Positions 48,050 to 61,694 of a stretch of 64,000 nucleotides of DNA are shown piece after piece. Source of the stretch: Eledone cirrhosa (Eukaryota); the NCBI GenBank assembly GCA_964016885.1, contig OZ024748.1, positions 19,654,001 through 19,718,000 of the forward strand, written 5' to 3'. The stretch's first letter is position 1, and every line of letters begins with the position of its first letter. The position numbers were made by a program, and so were the translations under genes. The notes under the pieces were generated by a model. That model saw nothing but the letters and a program-made list of their open reading frames with translations. It did not search any database and was not told the DNA's origin.

Positions 48050-48190
<141 letters not shown>

Positions 48191-48198
48191 CATATATA

Positions 48199-48478
48199 TA
48201 GAACACTGGAAGGTAATATCCGTAGTGGTAGAGCACTCAGTCCATGGGACGAGTTAGGTAGAAGTGGTTACACAACAGTTAGTTCACCATACCGAGAACA
48301 ATTGTTTCACCTTAGCGGCGGATCCTCAGCTCGTATTATTAGGAGCTGAGGATCCGCGAAGGTGAAACAATTGTTCTCGGTATGGTGAACTAACTGTTGT
48401 GTAACCACTTCTACCTAACTCGTCCCATGGACTGAGTGCTCTACCACTACGGATATTACCTTCCAGTGTTCTACCACT
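48199..48478. mobile_element. Near-perfect palindromic element (~133-bp arms) with paired HHRs
   Basis: 48343-48378 (+) reads GAG-CTGAGGA-TCCGCGAAGGT-GAAAC-AATT-GTT-CTC. Its mirror lies at 48294-48332 (-). The loop is 10 nt. Confidence 0.88.
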
Positions 48479-48505
48479 ATATATATATATATTTATATGT
48501 ATGTA

Positions 48506-48567
<62 letters not shown>

Positions 48568-48611
48568 TTATTCGGGGTTGAATCGGAGGTAACCACAGTA
48601 AGTAAAGTACT

Positions 48612-48700
<89 letters not shown>

Positions 48701-49253
48701 CTTTGGTAGATTGATATTGATGGGATTGCATACAGTCATTTCTACGTTAAATTTGATATTAAGATCTGTCCGGTTGTGTTAGTGGATGGCTTCTGTGTAA
48801 GCTATTCGATATACAGCAGGTGTGTTCTTCGATTGATGCTAACGTTGAATTCCAACCATTTTTCATCATATTTCATTGGAATATAAATATATCAAACATT
48901 TGACTTTAAAGTTTTCGCCATTATACATACGTATGTATCTATGTATGTATATAAATATATATATTCATGCGAAAATCAGAGCAAAATGGTAATATATTGC
49001 CAGCAACCTATCTGCTTGTTTGCATAATTTCACTTCATATGTGTAAGAGCGTCTGATGATGTCACATGGAGACTGTCAATTATATAACGTTTGTTTATAT
49101 TATGCAGTAAAAGTAACCCTCTATCAACAACATTTCGAAAATATATACATATATATATATATATGTGTGTGTGTGTGTTTGTGTATGTATATGTGTGTGT
49201 ATGTGTGTGTGTATCTGTGTGTTTGTGTCTGTGTGTATGTGTGCACGTGTATG

Positions 49254-49298
<45 letters not shown>

Positions 49299-49402
49299 TT
49301 GTGTGTATGTGTGTGTATGTGTGATTGTGTCTCTGTGTGTATGTGTCGCGTGTATGTGTATATATTATATTATATTATATTATATTATATTATATTATAT
49401 AA

Positions 49403-49592
49403 GGGCGGTGGATTGGCAGTACCGGTAGAGGGTCGGACGCCATGCTTTCCAGCATAGTTACGTCCCTTTACGATCTGAGTTCAAATCTTGCCGAGGTTGA
49501 CTTTGCCTTTCATCCTTACGGGGTCGATAAAATAAAGTACCAGTAATGCACTGGGTAATTGCTGGCCTTGTGCCTAAAGTAGAAACAATTAT
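49403..49592 (+). mobile_element. Young Meta-like SINE
   Basis: Nearly identical to the copies at 53826, 58956 and 39521. Inserted in (ATTAT)n. Confidence 0.9.
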
Positions 49593-49874
49593 ATTATATT
49601 TTATTATATCATATTATATTTGGACCAGAATGTCAAAAGTTTACATCGCGCAAAAACAATTTTCACTTATTTTCAGTCACATAAGATTTCGATCTGACAT
49701 TTTTTATTTTAATTCTTTTTCCATAATTTATTTACTATGTATGCAGTTTCCTTTGTTTTCTTTTTCAACCTTGTAAATATACTGTTTACATTGCTATCAC
49801 CTAATTATTATCGAATGGTTTGAATAAGGGTGCCTATATTTGCTTTATATATGTGCGTATGTATTTATGTATGT

Positions 49875-49915
<41 letters not shown>

Positions 49916-49946
49916 AATACACACACACACACGTACACACACACAC

Positions 49947-50024
<78 letters not shown>

Positions 50025-50342
50025 ATGTGTGTGTGTGTTTGTATAGTTGCTAATCGTTTCATATAATTGTGTTAACATCTGATGATATCATATTGGTGGC
50101 AGTTACTGAAAAACTACCATTTACACAATGACTACAACCACCATGTTATTGAAATACGTATAATGTAATACAATTATGCAAAAATAAGGTCTGTATTAAC
50201 CTTAATTTATATATATATATCTGCTGTCTATCGATCTGTGTATCGATCTGTTTGTATGTCTATCATCTTCTAATCAACTTATCTTTCTATAATACTAACT
50301 ACCTATTTTTCTCTCTAAATTTTACTCTCTTACCCCTCTTCG

Positions 50343-50466
<124 letters not shown>

Positions 50467-51264
50467 GTATATATATTTATTTATATACATATATATATAC
50501 ACACATATATATATATATGTGTGTATGTATGTATATATATATATGTGTGTGTGTGTATGTATAAACCTGCCCAACTTCATTTTTATTATTGCGACAATTA
50601 ACAGTACTTCTTAGTCGTCACTTCCTCAACATTTCCACTCGTTATTTCGATGTTTTGTGTATGGAACGTGCACCAACTTTCTATTACTGTAGCTCACCAA
50701 GACTCAGCATTTTTTACACCCCCCCCCCTAACCGAACACCATACTTGCAATTCCAGATTGGCTCAATTCCTCCCTATTTTTAATTGTCATTTAATTGTCA
50801 TTTAATAGCATTTTCTGGAGAATTATACTTTTACAGAGTTAATTATTATACATAAATTAAACTATTTTGTTAATTTTTTTGTGAAATGTTGAGTTGCGTA
50901 TATTGGTATTTCATTTTCTATACACAATATACACTATATCATATATACGCAATGATACTATATGATATATACACAACATATACTATATCATATACACACC
51001 ACACATACTATATCATATATACACAATATACACTCTTCTTTCCCAGTTTGGATTTTTCCTCTGATTAAGATGTCACCCTAATTCATCCTTTGGCTAAAAT
51101 ACCTTCTACAGGGTTTCAAGTTCCTTCCCTAGGAGCCAAATGTCTCCCGTTTGTGTTTTACTGTTCTATGATCTTTAATAGCAAATGTAATGATCCCTTG
51201 TACTAATACAACAGTAGCTGTTCTTATTTCACATCTACAGAGTGTAGATTAAATTACTGTTTCT

Positions 51265-51552
51265 CCTTTTATACCAATGTAATGACAGCCAACCTTATTT
51301 CCTTTTATACCAATGTAATAACAGCCAACCTTATTTCCTTTTATACCAATGTAATAACAGCCAACCTTATTTCCTTTTATACCAATGTAATAACAGCCAA
51401 CCTTATTTCCTTTTATACCAATGTAATAACAGCCAACCTTATTTCCTTTTATACCAATGTAATAACAGCCAACCTTATTTCCTTTTATACCAATGTAATA
51501 ACAGCCAACCTTATTTCCTTTTATACCAATGTAATAACAGCCAAACTTATTT
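51265..51552. repeat. 36-bp minisatellite, ~8 near-perfect copies
   Basis: Unit CCTTTTATACCAATGTAATAACAGCCAACCTTATTT. Confidence 0.95.
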
Positions 51553-51774
51553 CAATCTACAGAATGTAGTTTAAATTACTCTTGATATTAAATCTAATAT
51601 TTTCCAAACAGTTTTCAACTTTGTTAAGTCCACCTTAATTCTGCAATACGCCATTTTACTTTTGTCTTAAATCATATTGTTCTTCCCTAATAATTAAGTC
51701 CGTCAATTTGTTTAATCATCTGTTGAGTTAATTAGTGAAACCAAGAAGAAAATATATATCATTTACTATCTTAA

Positions 51775-51975
51775 CGGCAGTAGATTGGCAGAGTCATTAG
51801 CACACCGAAGAATCGTTTAACATTTTTTGTGCCGGCTCTATACGGTCTGAGTTCAAATCCCGCCTTGGTCAACTTTGCCTTTCATCCTTTTGAGGTCGAT
51901 AAAATAAAGTACCAATCACGTACTGAAGAGGTCGATATAATCATCTTACCCTTTCCCCAAAAGGTTGTTGGCCTT
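51775..51975 (+). mobile_element. Older Meta-like SINE subfamily
   Basis: GAGTTCAAATCCC..CAACTTTGCCTTTCATCCTTTTGAGGTCGATAAAATAAAGTACCA. Confidence 0.75.
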
Positions 51976-52928
51976 TCTTATATTTTAGTTTGAAGCTCTT
52001 GTTACATTCACACCATTGAAAGCTGGTTTTTAGAAAACGCAATCATTGTTAAGATATTTTTCTATCCCGATCATCATTAACCACCTGATATTATTGAATC
52101 TATATCTGCCAATAGACACAACTAAAAGTCTTGAATCTATTCGCCTTTAGCTACCTTTCATAGTTTGCTAAGCTTTGTTGTATTTTTACTAATATTTTGT
52201 TTCCGTAATAAACGACATCAACCTTTTCATTCAGTCACTTGCATTTGATATGCTCTTTCTTTTAACTCTTTTAACTCTTTTAACTACAGATTACAAGAAG
52301 ATCTCTTTATCTCGCTGCCGCTTTTATTTTTCTAAATCTCTTGTATTTATCAGCTTTATACTGTCAAATGTTTACTTCACACATTTATCAGCTTTCTAGT
52401 TTTCAATGTTCCCTTAGCCATAACACGTTTACTGAGTTTAACCTCCACGTTGATGTCATCGTTAAAAAATATAATGTTTAGTAAAACTTTCTCTTGGTTA
52501 TATTTCATTGGAAAACCATGTTTTTATGTGTCGACTATGTAAAAAGAAATGTTTAAGCTTGCCATCTTTCAGTTGATAACCATAGGCACAACTGCTTTCA
52601 TCTGTCCACTTGCTCAGCGGTTAAGATTCTATGTTGGAAAATCGATGTTGATAGCCGATCGTCTTTCAAGGGACCACTTCTGATGTTCACTGACCTATAT
52701 GTTTTATAGGTCCTTTACTGCGATATTATAGTGATCCAGCAAACTATTATGTAACCTTAGGGCCACAGGCATGGATAAGTTGTTAAGCAATCTACTTAGA
52801 AATTATGTGGTCAAGAGTTCGTTCCCGTTGCAGGTCATCTTGAACAAATGTAACGTAACATAGGTTTGTGTTGATCCAAGCACTGTGAGCGAAATTGAGC
52901 AGATGAAGACTGTGTGGGATCTCGTCAT

Positions 52929-53361
52929 GGTGGATTGGCAGAGTCGGTAGAGAGTCGGACAATGTTTGCAGCATAGACTTGCGGCTCTTTACGCTCTGAT
53001 TTCAATTCCCGCCGAGGTTAGCTTTGCTTTTCATCCTGACGAGGTCGATAAAATAAAAGCACCAGTAATACACTCAGGTCAATTTAATCGACTTTCCCTT
53101 CTCCAAAAATTGTTGGCCTTGTGCCTAAATTAGAAACCGTTATTATCATTATTATTATTATTACTATAATAATGTTTCTACTTTTGGCACAAGGCCAGCA
53201 ATTGTCCCAGTGTATTACTGGCGTTTTATTATTATCGACCCCGTAAGGTTGAAAGGCAAAGCTAACCTTGGCGGGATTCGAACTCAGGCCGTAAAGAGAC
53301 GTAACTCTATGCTGCAAAGCATGGCGTCAGATCCTCTACCGATACTGCCAATCCACCGCCC
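52929..53361. mobile_element. Tail-to-tail pair of Meta-like SINEs (52929-53142 +, 53173-53361 -)
   Basis: Two copies in opposite orientation, separated by about 30 bp of (ATT)n. Confidence 0.85.
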
Positions 53362-53404
53362 TATAATTACCATAATAACAATAATAATAATAATAATAAT
53401 AATA

Positions 53405-54665
53405 ATGATTTTTTTATTGGCCACAAGGGCTGACACCAAGAAAAACACTACAGACGGTACAGGACGGTACGATGTGGGTTTTGTGCGTGTAAAGATCTTT
53501 ATTATCACTACAGACGGTACAGGACGGTACGATGTGGGTTTTGTGCGTGTAAAGATTTTTATTATTTATATAATAAAGATCTTTACACGCACAAAACCCA
53601 CATCGTACCGTCCTGTACCGTCTGTAGTGTTTTTCTTGGTGTCAGCCCTTGTGGCCAATAAAGAAATCATTATTATTATTATTATTATTGTTGCTTAACA
53701 ACTTATCCATGCCTGTGGCCTTAAGGTTACATAATAGTTTGCTGGATCACTTGTGGCCTAAGGATACATAATAGTATGCTGGATCACTTGTGGCCAATAA
53801 ATGAAATCATTATTTATATAAGAAAGGTCGGTGGATTGGCAGTATCGGTAGAGGGTCGGACGCCATGCTTTCCAGCATAGTTACGTCCCTTTACGATCTG
53901 AGTTCAAATCCCGCCGAGGTTGACTTTGCCTTTCATCCTTACGGGGTCGATAAAATAAAGTACCAGTAATGTACTGGATAATTGCTGGCCTTGTGCCTAA
54001 AGTAGAAACAATTATTTATATAAGAAAAGAAAAAAAGACATAGAAACATATATATATATAAATAATAAAAATGAAAATAGGAAACAATGAAACATTCCCC
54101 AATAGGGGGGGGGGGACTTCCGAGGGTTACTCGTGGCGAAAACCACACAAAAGACCATGGCCACCCTGACCACCAGGGCAAGCGCCCTCTCTCAATTTTT
54201 CCATTTCTCAAACTACAGGCGTATATTCAGAGCGGTCCCGTTCACTCGGACCATTCTCGCTACATTCACCCACCTTTCAACAAACTTGCTAGAAGGCAGC
54301 ACTTGCCTCTCTACCCTGATTTTCCTCTTCAAGTGAAACTTGAAATATAAATAATAATAATGCCCTGGTGGTCAGGGTGGCCGTGGTTTTTGTGTGGTTT
54401 TCGCCACGAGTAACCCTCGGAGGTTTTCCCCCTATTGGGGAATTTTTCATTGTTTCAATTTTCATTTTTATTGTTTATATATATATATATGTTTCTATGT
54501 CTTTTTCTTTTTCTTTTCTTATATAAATAATAAAAATATTTACACGTACAAAACCCACATCGTACCGTCCTGTACCGTCCTGTGCCGTCTGTAATGTTTT
54601 TCTTGATGTCAGCTCTTGTGGCCAATAAAGAAATCATTATTATTATTATTATTATTATTATTGTT
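53405..54665. mobile_element. Tx1/L1-like LINE 3' ends in mirrored arrangement with (ATT)n tails
   Basis: Minus strand 54347-54213 encodes YFKFHLKRKIRVERQVLPSSKFVERWVNVARMVRVNGTALNIRL*, resembling a Tx1 ORF2 terminus. The 3'UTR ending GCCAATAAAGAAATC(ATT)n is present in both orientations. Confidence 0.65.
53826..54015 (+). mobile_element. Young Meta-like SINE with TSD
   Basis: ATTATTTATATAAGAAA at 53809-53825 and 54011-54027. Confidence 0.9.
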
Positions 54666-54669
54666 ATTA

Positions 54670-55381
54670 CTCTTTGAGTCTCAGTCATTGATGTTAGTTA
54701 ACTGGAAAGTTTGTTGAAATGAATATCAAGCCACTACCTGCAGCCTCAGATATTCAGGACGTATCGGAGGGTTCTTGCTGTTCCCAGCAAGCATGCCTTT
54801 TGAAGCGTTCCAAAAAGCGTGAAGGGGCCAATTTTCTTTAACCATTCCTGGAAACTTTTTGAGATAGTCCCTAGTGCGCCTATGACAATCGGGACCACTT
54901 TGACTTCATGGCAGTTCCAAATCCTTTTTACCTCCCACTTTAAGTCCTGGTATCGGTTAATTTTCTCCGTCTCCTTCTCTTGCACTCTCGTGTCGAATGG
55001 GCAGGCTACACCCACAATCAGGCACGATCTTTTTCCCTTGTCCAAAACCACCAGGTCAGGTCTATTGTGTTCCAGTTTCTTGTCCGTCTGTATCTTAAAA
55101 TCCCACAGCACCTTCACCTGATCGTTTTCCATCACCGACTCTGGCTTATGCTCATACCACTTCTCAGAATGTGGTAAATTGTTTACTTTGCATAGGTGCC
55201 AGTGGATCACCCTGCCCATCACATCATGTCTCCAGCCTTTATAGTGAGTCTGGGCTAGGTGTTTACACTCGGATACAATGTGAGCCACAGTCTCCTCTCT
55301 CTCTCCACAGATCCTACACAGTGGGCTAGCCTCCTCCTTGTAAATATGGTGTTTCAGCCACTTCGTTTTGAGGGTCTGCTC
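54670..55381 (-). mobile_element. 5'-truncated R4/Dong-like retrotransposon (CCHC knuckle plus RLE), copy 1
   Basis: CRICGEREETVAHIVSEC..LA...Y..RHD, VLWDFKIQTD..LEHNRPDLVV, K..EK..RYQDL, VPIVIGALG, LQKACLLGTA. Flanked by (TAA)n. Confidence 0.92.
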
Positions 55382-55457
55382 TTATTATTATTATTATCTA
55401 CTTTATGTAAACCCTTGTGGTTAATAAAGAAAGCATTATTATTATTATTATTATTAA

Positions 55458-55507
<50 letters not shown>

Positions 55508-55508
<1 letters not shown>

Positions 55509-56268
55509 TCTTTGAGTCTCAGTCATTGATGTTAGTTAACTGGAAAGTTTGTTGAAATGAATATCAAGCCACTACCTGCAGCCTCAGATATTCAGGACGT
55601 ATCGGAGGGTGCTTGCTGTTCCCAGCAAGCATGCCTTTTGAAGCGTTCCAAAAAGCGTGAAGGGGCCAATTTTCTTTAACCATCCCTGGAAACTTTTTGA
55701 GATAGTACCTAGTGCGCCTATGACAATCGGGACCACTTTGACTTCATGGCAGTTCCAAATCCTTTTTACCTCCCACTTTAAGTCCTGGTATCGGTTAATT
55801 TTCTCCCTCTCCTTCTCTTGCACTCTCGTGTCGAATGGGCAGGCTACACCCACAATCAGGCACGATCTTTTTCCCTTGTCCAAAACCACCAGGTCAGGTC
55901 TATTGTGTTCCAGTTTCTTGTCCGTCTGTATCTTAAAATCCCACAGCACCTTCACCTGATCGTTTTCCATCACCGACTCTGGCTTATGCTCATACCACTT
56001 CTCAGAATGTGGTAAATTGTTTACTTTGCATAGGTGCCAGTGGATCACCCTGCCCATCACATCATGTCTCCAGCCTTTATAGTGAGTCTGGGCTAGGTGT
56101 TTACACTCGGATACAATGTGAGCCACAGTCTCCTCTCTCTCTCTCTCCACAGATTCTGCACAGTGGGCTAGCCCCCTCCTTGTAAATATGGTGTTTCAGC
56201 CACTTCGTTTTGGGGGCCTGCTACTGCGCAGCCATTAACATTCCTTCTGTAGCCTTTTTAAGGTCTCC
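55508..56268 (-). mobile_element. 5'-truncated R4/Dong-like retrotransposon, copy 2
   Basis: Near-identical to copy 1 but extends further 5' (GDLKKATEGMLMAAQ*QA). It has a +4 frameshift in a (GA)n run and (TAA)n flanks. Confidence 0.92.
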
Positions 56269-56344
<76 letters not shown>

Positions 56345-56824
56345 ATCTAATTCAAAGGAGTGGTGAATTGGCAATATCAGTAGAGCATCGGACCCCGAGG
56401 TTAGCTTTGCTTTTTACCCCGAGGTTTGCTTTGCTTTTTATCCTTTCAAGGAACCAAAATTAATGTAACCGTAAGGCACTGGGTTCGATTTATTCAACAT
56501 TCCCCTCCCTAAATCGGAAAATGTTTATCCGATTCAAAGTTCCAGACATGTCACGTAGTGTGTAGCAGTGAATAGTCTTGGGAATTTAAGTTAATGACAC
56601 AGGTGTCTTTGGAATATTCAACAACATAGGCACATCAAGTCAGGTGCTGGTGATCCAGTTGGTCAAGTGATTCAATGTTTATCGTCAGAAACATTAGTAA
56701 ATCAACCGGGTAAGCTCAGAGACCTCCTAACGAAGTGGATTATGTATGTGTGTGTATGTATGTATATATATGTATCTTTTTATTTTTTATTTTTGGTGGG
56801 TGGGGGAGAGACTCCTAGTCTTCA

Positions 56825-57794
56825 TTAAGTCATCTCTCTCGGAGAAAGCCACCTTGATATAAAACCTGAGACATCGTATGCATCCAATGATGTAGACCAG
56901 TTCTTCTTTTTGGTAAATGCATTGGATGTTCAGAGAGTGGGATTGGCCCGGTGCAAAGCCTTTCCTTACTTACAACAGCTTCAAGCATAGGCATCACTTC
57001 ATATGTGGTATTGCTGGCCATAGGCAAGTCCCTAGCAGGACTAAAAAGCCACGTCTGTGATACTCATGCTTAAGTATCAAGCGATGGCATTACACAAAAT
57101 CGAGTATGTATGTATGTATGTATGTATGTATGTATGTATGTATGTATGTATGTATGTATGTATGTATGTATGTATGTATGTATGTATGTATGTCAGGTCA
57201 CCAGTTGGTGCTACTGGTAACATGTATCCCAGTACAACCTGTCTCATGGTCGGGTCGTTGGCGACTAAACTGGTAACCCTACCAAGGTTTCTTGGTGAGG
57301 AGGGTGACTTTGGACATCCTGCAGGACTAAAAACAAAACCTGTCAAAGGGCAAAGGAACTCTTAAGAGTCAATGGCCATCCAAAATCACTGGGAGAGATG
57401 ACCCCTTAGCATTTGTCAAAGCAGAATTCTAGAAGGAAAACTCTGATATAACACCTGCAACTCTGATGGTATCCAATGATGTTGACTTGTTCTTCTTTTT
57501 GGTAAATATCATCTTGGTTAAGAGAGTGGGACTGGCTTTGTGCATTGCCTTTGCTCACTATAAAAGCTTCAAGGCACAGGCATTGCTTTATATCTGGAGA
57601 TCTCTCTGCACTTGTCGTCACATGGTACCATGGGCCTAGCATTATGTGTCAATAATAGCCACAGGTGTAGTGTTTGTACCAGAGTTTTCAAGTCGCTGGC
57701 TGGACTAAAGTCACATTCGTTCAGCGCATCGGTAGGAGTTCTCCTACATGGATATAAAGTAGTGGCCGTACTCGAAAACGAGTTGGCAGCCACC

Positions 57795-57795
<1 letters not shown>
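56825..57795 (+). mobile_element. Two diverged tandem RTE-derived non-autonomous elements with (TATG)n tails
   Basis: Homologous bodies at about 56830-57000 and 57425-57600. Both end in an RTE-like C2H2 remnant (KSLAGLKSHV; CSVCTRVFKSLAGLKSH), a short UTR and (TATG)n. Confidence 0.6.
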
Positions 57796-57827
<32 letters not shown>

Positions 57828-58020
57828 TGTATGTATGTATGTATGTATGTATGTATGTATGTATTTATGTATGGATGCATGTATTATGTATATAAACCTC
57901 ATATATTTTACGCGAATATATAAGCAAATGGTATTTGTTTAATAACATCAAAATAATCAAACAAAAACAACACAAAAATATCTACTAAGAACAACAAAAA
58001 ACATTGTGTGTGTATCTGTA

Positions 58021-58072
<52 letters not shown>

Positions 58073-58104
58073 TATATGTATACATACATATATGTATATT
58101 TATC

Positions 58105-58142
<38 letters not shown>

Positions 58143-58448
58143 AATATATATATACATGAGTAGGTGACTACGTGTATATTTTTGTCTATTGATTATATAT
58201 GCAAATATATATATATATATGCATGTATATACTCATATATATGTATGCATATATATATATATATATACATAATTATATATAAATATATCTATCTATATAT
58301 ACATGAATGTTTACATTGTATTTCCTAGGAGACTTTTAAGTATTCATATGTATGCAAGACGTCGTGGATGACATCTTTATCTAATTAGCATATATATTTC
58401 TATTTGGGTTATAATGCCCTGAATGAGATAGAGACTAACTACACACAC

Positions 58449-58561
<113 letters not shown>

Positions 58562-58610
58562 CACACACACACATATATATATATATAGAGAGAGAGATAT
58601 ATAGAGATAT

Positions 58611-58645
<35 letters not shown>

Positions 58646-58816
58646 TAATTTAATATATCTACTAACATAAGCGCACAGATGTACGCCAATGCCAGCAAAT
58701 ACACAGGTTATGTCATAGTACCTAGGTGGTTCAATGCAGGAGGATGCAGAACAATAAATTTAAGTAAGTAAGTTAATTCTTTAAAATTTTTTTTTTTAAT
58801 TTTCTTATTTTACGTC

Positions 58817-58864
<48 letters not shown>

Positions 58865-58904
58865 GTTTACATATATATATATATATATACATATATACAT
58901 ATAC

Positions 58905-59412
<508 letters not shown>

Positions 59413-59688
59413 ACATAAGCTTACCTCAACTAACATGAGCTGAACTTTCCTATATGCATTGCAAGAGATCTTATATCAGGATCATCTTGCCTACCTCTGG
59501 ACTCACACAAGCACAAATTCATGTTTGCATTTGTGTGTGTGTGTATTTTTCTGTCGTCTTTATCTCTGGGAAATCTTTATGTCTTAAATCTCCTCTGCAA
59601 TTGAATTCATGGACATAATATATGCGCGCTTACGTGTGTGTGTGTATATTTCTGTATATATACATACATATACATATACATATACACT

Positions 59689-59748
<60 letters not shown>

Positions 59749-59821
59749 GCTACCGTAGTTCCAGTCTCTTTATAATATAACCATACATATATGTATATAA
59801 CCATATATATATGTGTATATG

Positions 59822-59879
<58 letters not shown>

Positions 59880-59896
59880 CATATATATATATATGT

Positions 59897-60152
<256 letters not shown>

Positions 60153-60566
60153 GTGTATATATATATATATATATTTCAGCCTATGAAATAACGAAAAAAC
60201 ACTTTCGAATTGTGAGGCAAGCGCTCAATAATTCAAAAGAATTAGAGCTTACAACTTACGTTAAAGGTCAAACACACCGAGATGGTGGTTAAACTAATTA
60301 TCCACACAGCGAAGATTCGATCTCCTATTTCGGGTCAAACAGATATACAGATATAAAAATATATGAAAGCATAAATGTTTGGTACTCACCCGGACCCCTG
60401 GAATGATGGTAAAGTCCAGTGATGGGGTTTCTGCGGCTCCATAAGTCAGTTACTGTCCACTTACATAAAGGATGTTAAGTTTCTCGTATCCTGACTGAAC
60501 TAGGAGTGCGCGTTATCAACGGGATTCAGTTCTAAAGACCACATAGATGTGTCTGTAACTGACCCC

Positions 60567-60594
<28 letters not shown>

Positions 60595-60598
<4 letters not shown>

Positions 60599-61451
60599 AT
60601 AAGGGCGCTGCGGAGTTGCAAATGGGTTACATATGAAAAAAGTTTGTCCTTCATCAGTGATCTTCCAACTATCATAGGTATTTCATCGCTTTAAATTCAT
60701 AGAAATCTGGGACTTGTCTCCTTATTCCTCACTTTCTGTTGCCTCACCATTTTGTTTGTTTACCCTCGCGTCCCCTTTATTTATGTGTCCCAACGACTTT
60801 TTTTAGCCGTTGCTCGCACCAACCGGAGGTATTTGGTCTTTAAAGCGATGAAATACCTATGATAGTTGGAAGATCACTGATGAAGGACAAACTTTTTTCA
60901 TATGTAACCCATTTGCAACTCCGCAGCGCCCTTATTTTCATATTTACACATATTTTTTCCTCTGCTGCTACACCGTCTTTTTCGTTCTATATATCTTTAC
61001 CCTTTCTATCAGTCTCTCTCTCTGTTAGCCTCTTCCTCACCTCACCCTTCACTCACTCATTCTCTGTCACTACCCCTCCTCCGCCTCCTCTTTCTTCCCG
61101 TTTGACCTGTGAGTAACTCTTTTCTCTCACATTCTCGGCCAAGCTGGTCGGAATTTTTTCTCTCTCGTCCACGATTTCACAGAACTTATGTTTACCGAAT
61201 TCGCAGACCAGACCCCTTCTTCCCCCCGTTAGACCTGTGCGAAATTCCTTCCTTGCTCACATTTCAACCAGGTTTGATGGTCTTTATTCTCTCGTTCACG
61301 ATTTCACCGAACTTAAATTCATAGAAATCTGGGACTTGTCTCCTTATTCCTCACTTTCTGTTGCCTCACCATTTTGTTTGTTTACCCTCGCGTCCCCTTT
61401 ATTTACGTGTCCCAACGACTTTTTTTAGCCGTTGCTCGCACCAACCGGAGG

Positions 61452-61453
<2 letters not shown>
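60595..61453. mobile_element. TA-embedded element with interleaved inverted (~100 bp) and direct (~140 bp) repeats
   Basis: 60595-60694 is the reverse complement of about 60840-60943. 60691-60832 is repeated at 61313-61453. A related copy lies at about 33815-33930. Confidence 0.8.
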
Positions 61454-61483
<30 letters not shown>

Positions 61484-61694
61484 TACACACACTCCTGCAT
61501 ATAGACACAGGCAAACAATAAACACGCGCTCTTCTAAACTCTTATCTTAAACAGTTATAAATGTACCAATATGCAATATCTATGTGTGTGTGAGTGTGTG
61601 TCTGTCTGTGTATCTGTGTGTGTTTGTGTCTGTGTGTCTGTGCGTCTGTGTGTGTCTGTGTGCGCCTGAGGATCTGTGTGGGTCTGTGCGCCTA

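Noticed and set aside
60385-60566. Minus-strand exon ending at a GTGAGT donor
   Set aside because: No recognisable protein. The segment abuts a TA tract like the other repeat islands.
60845-60930. SECIS element (some Naiad PLEs encode selenoproteins)
   Set aside because: The AUGA/AA/GA spacing and helix II could not be satisfied by eye.
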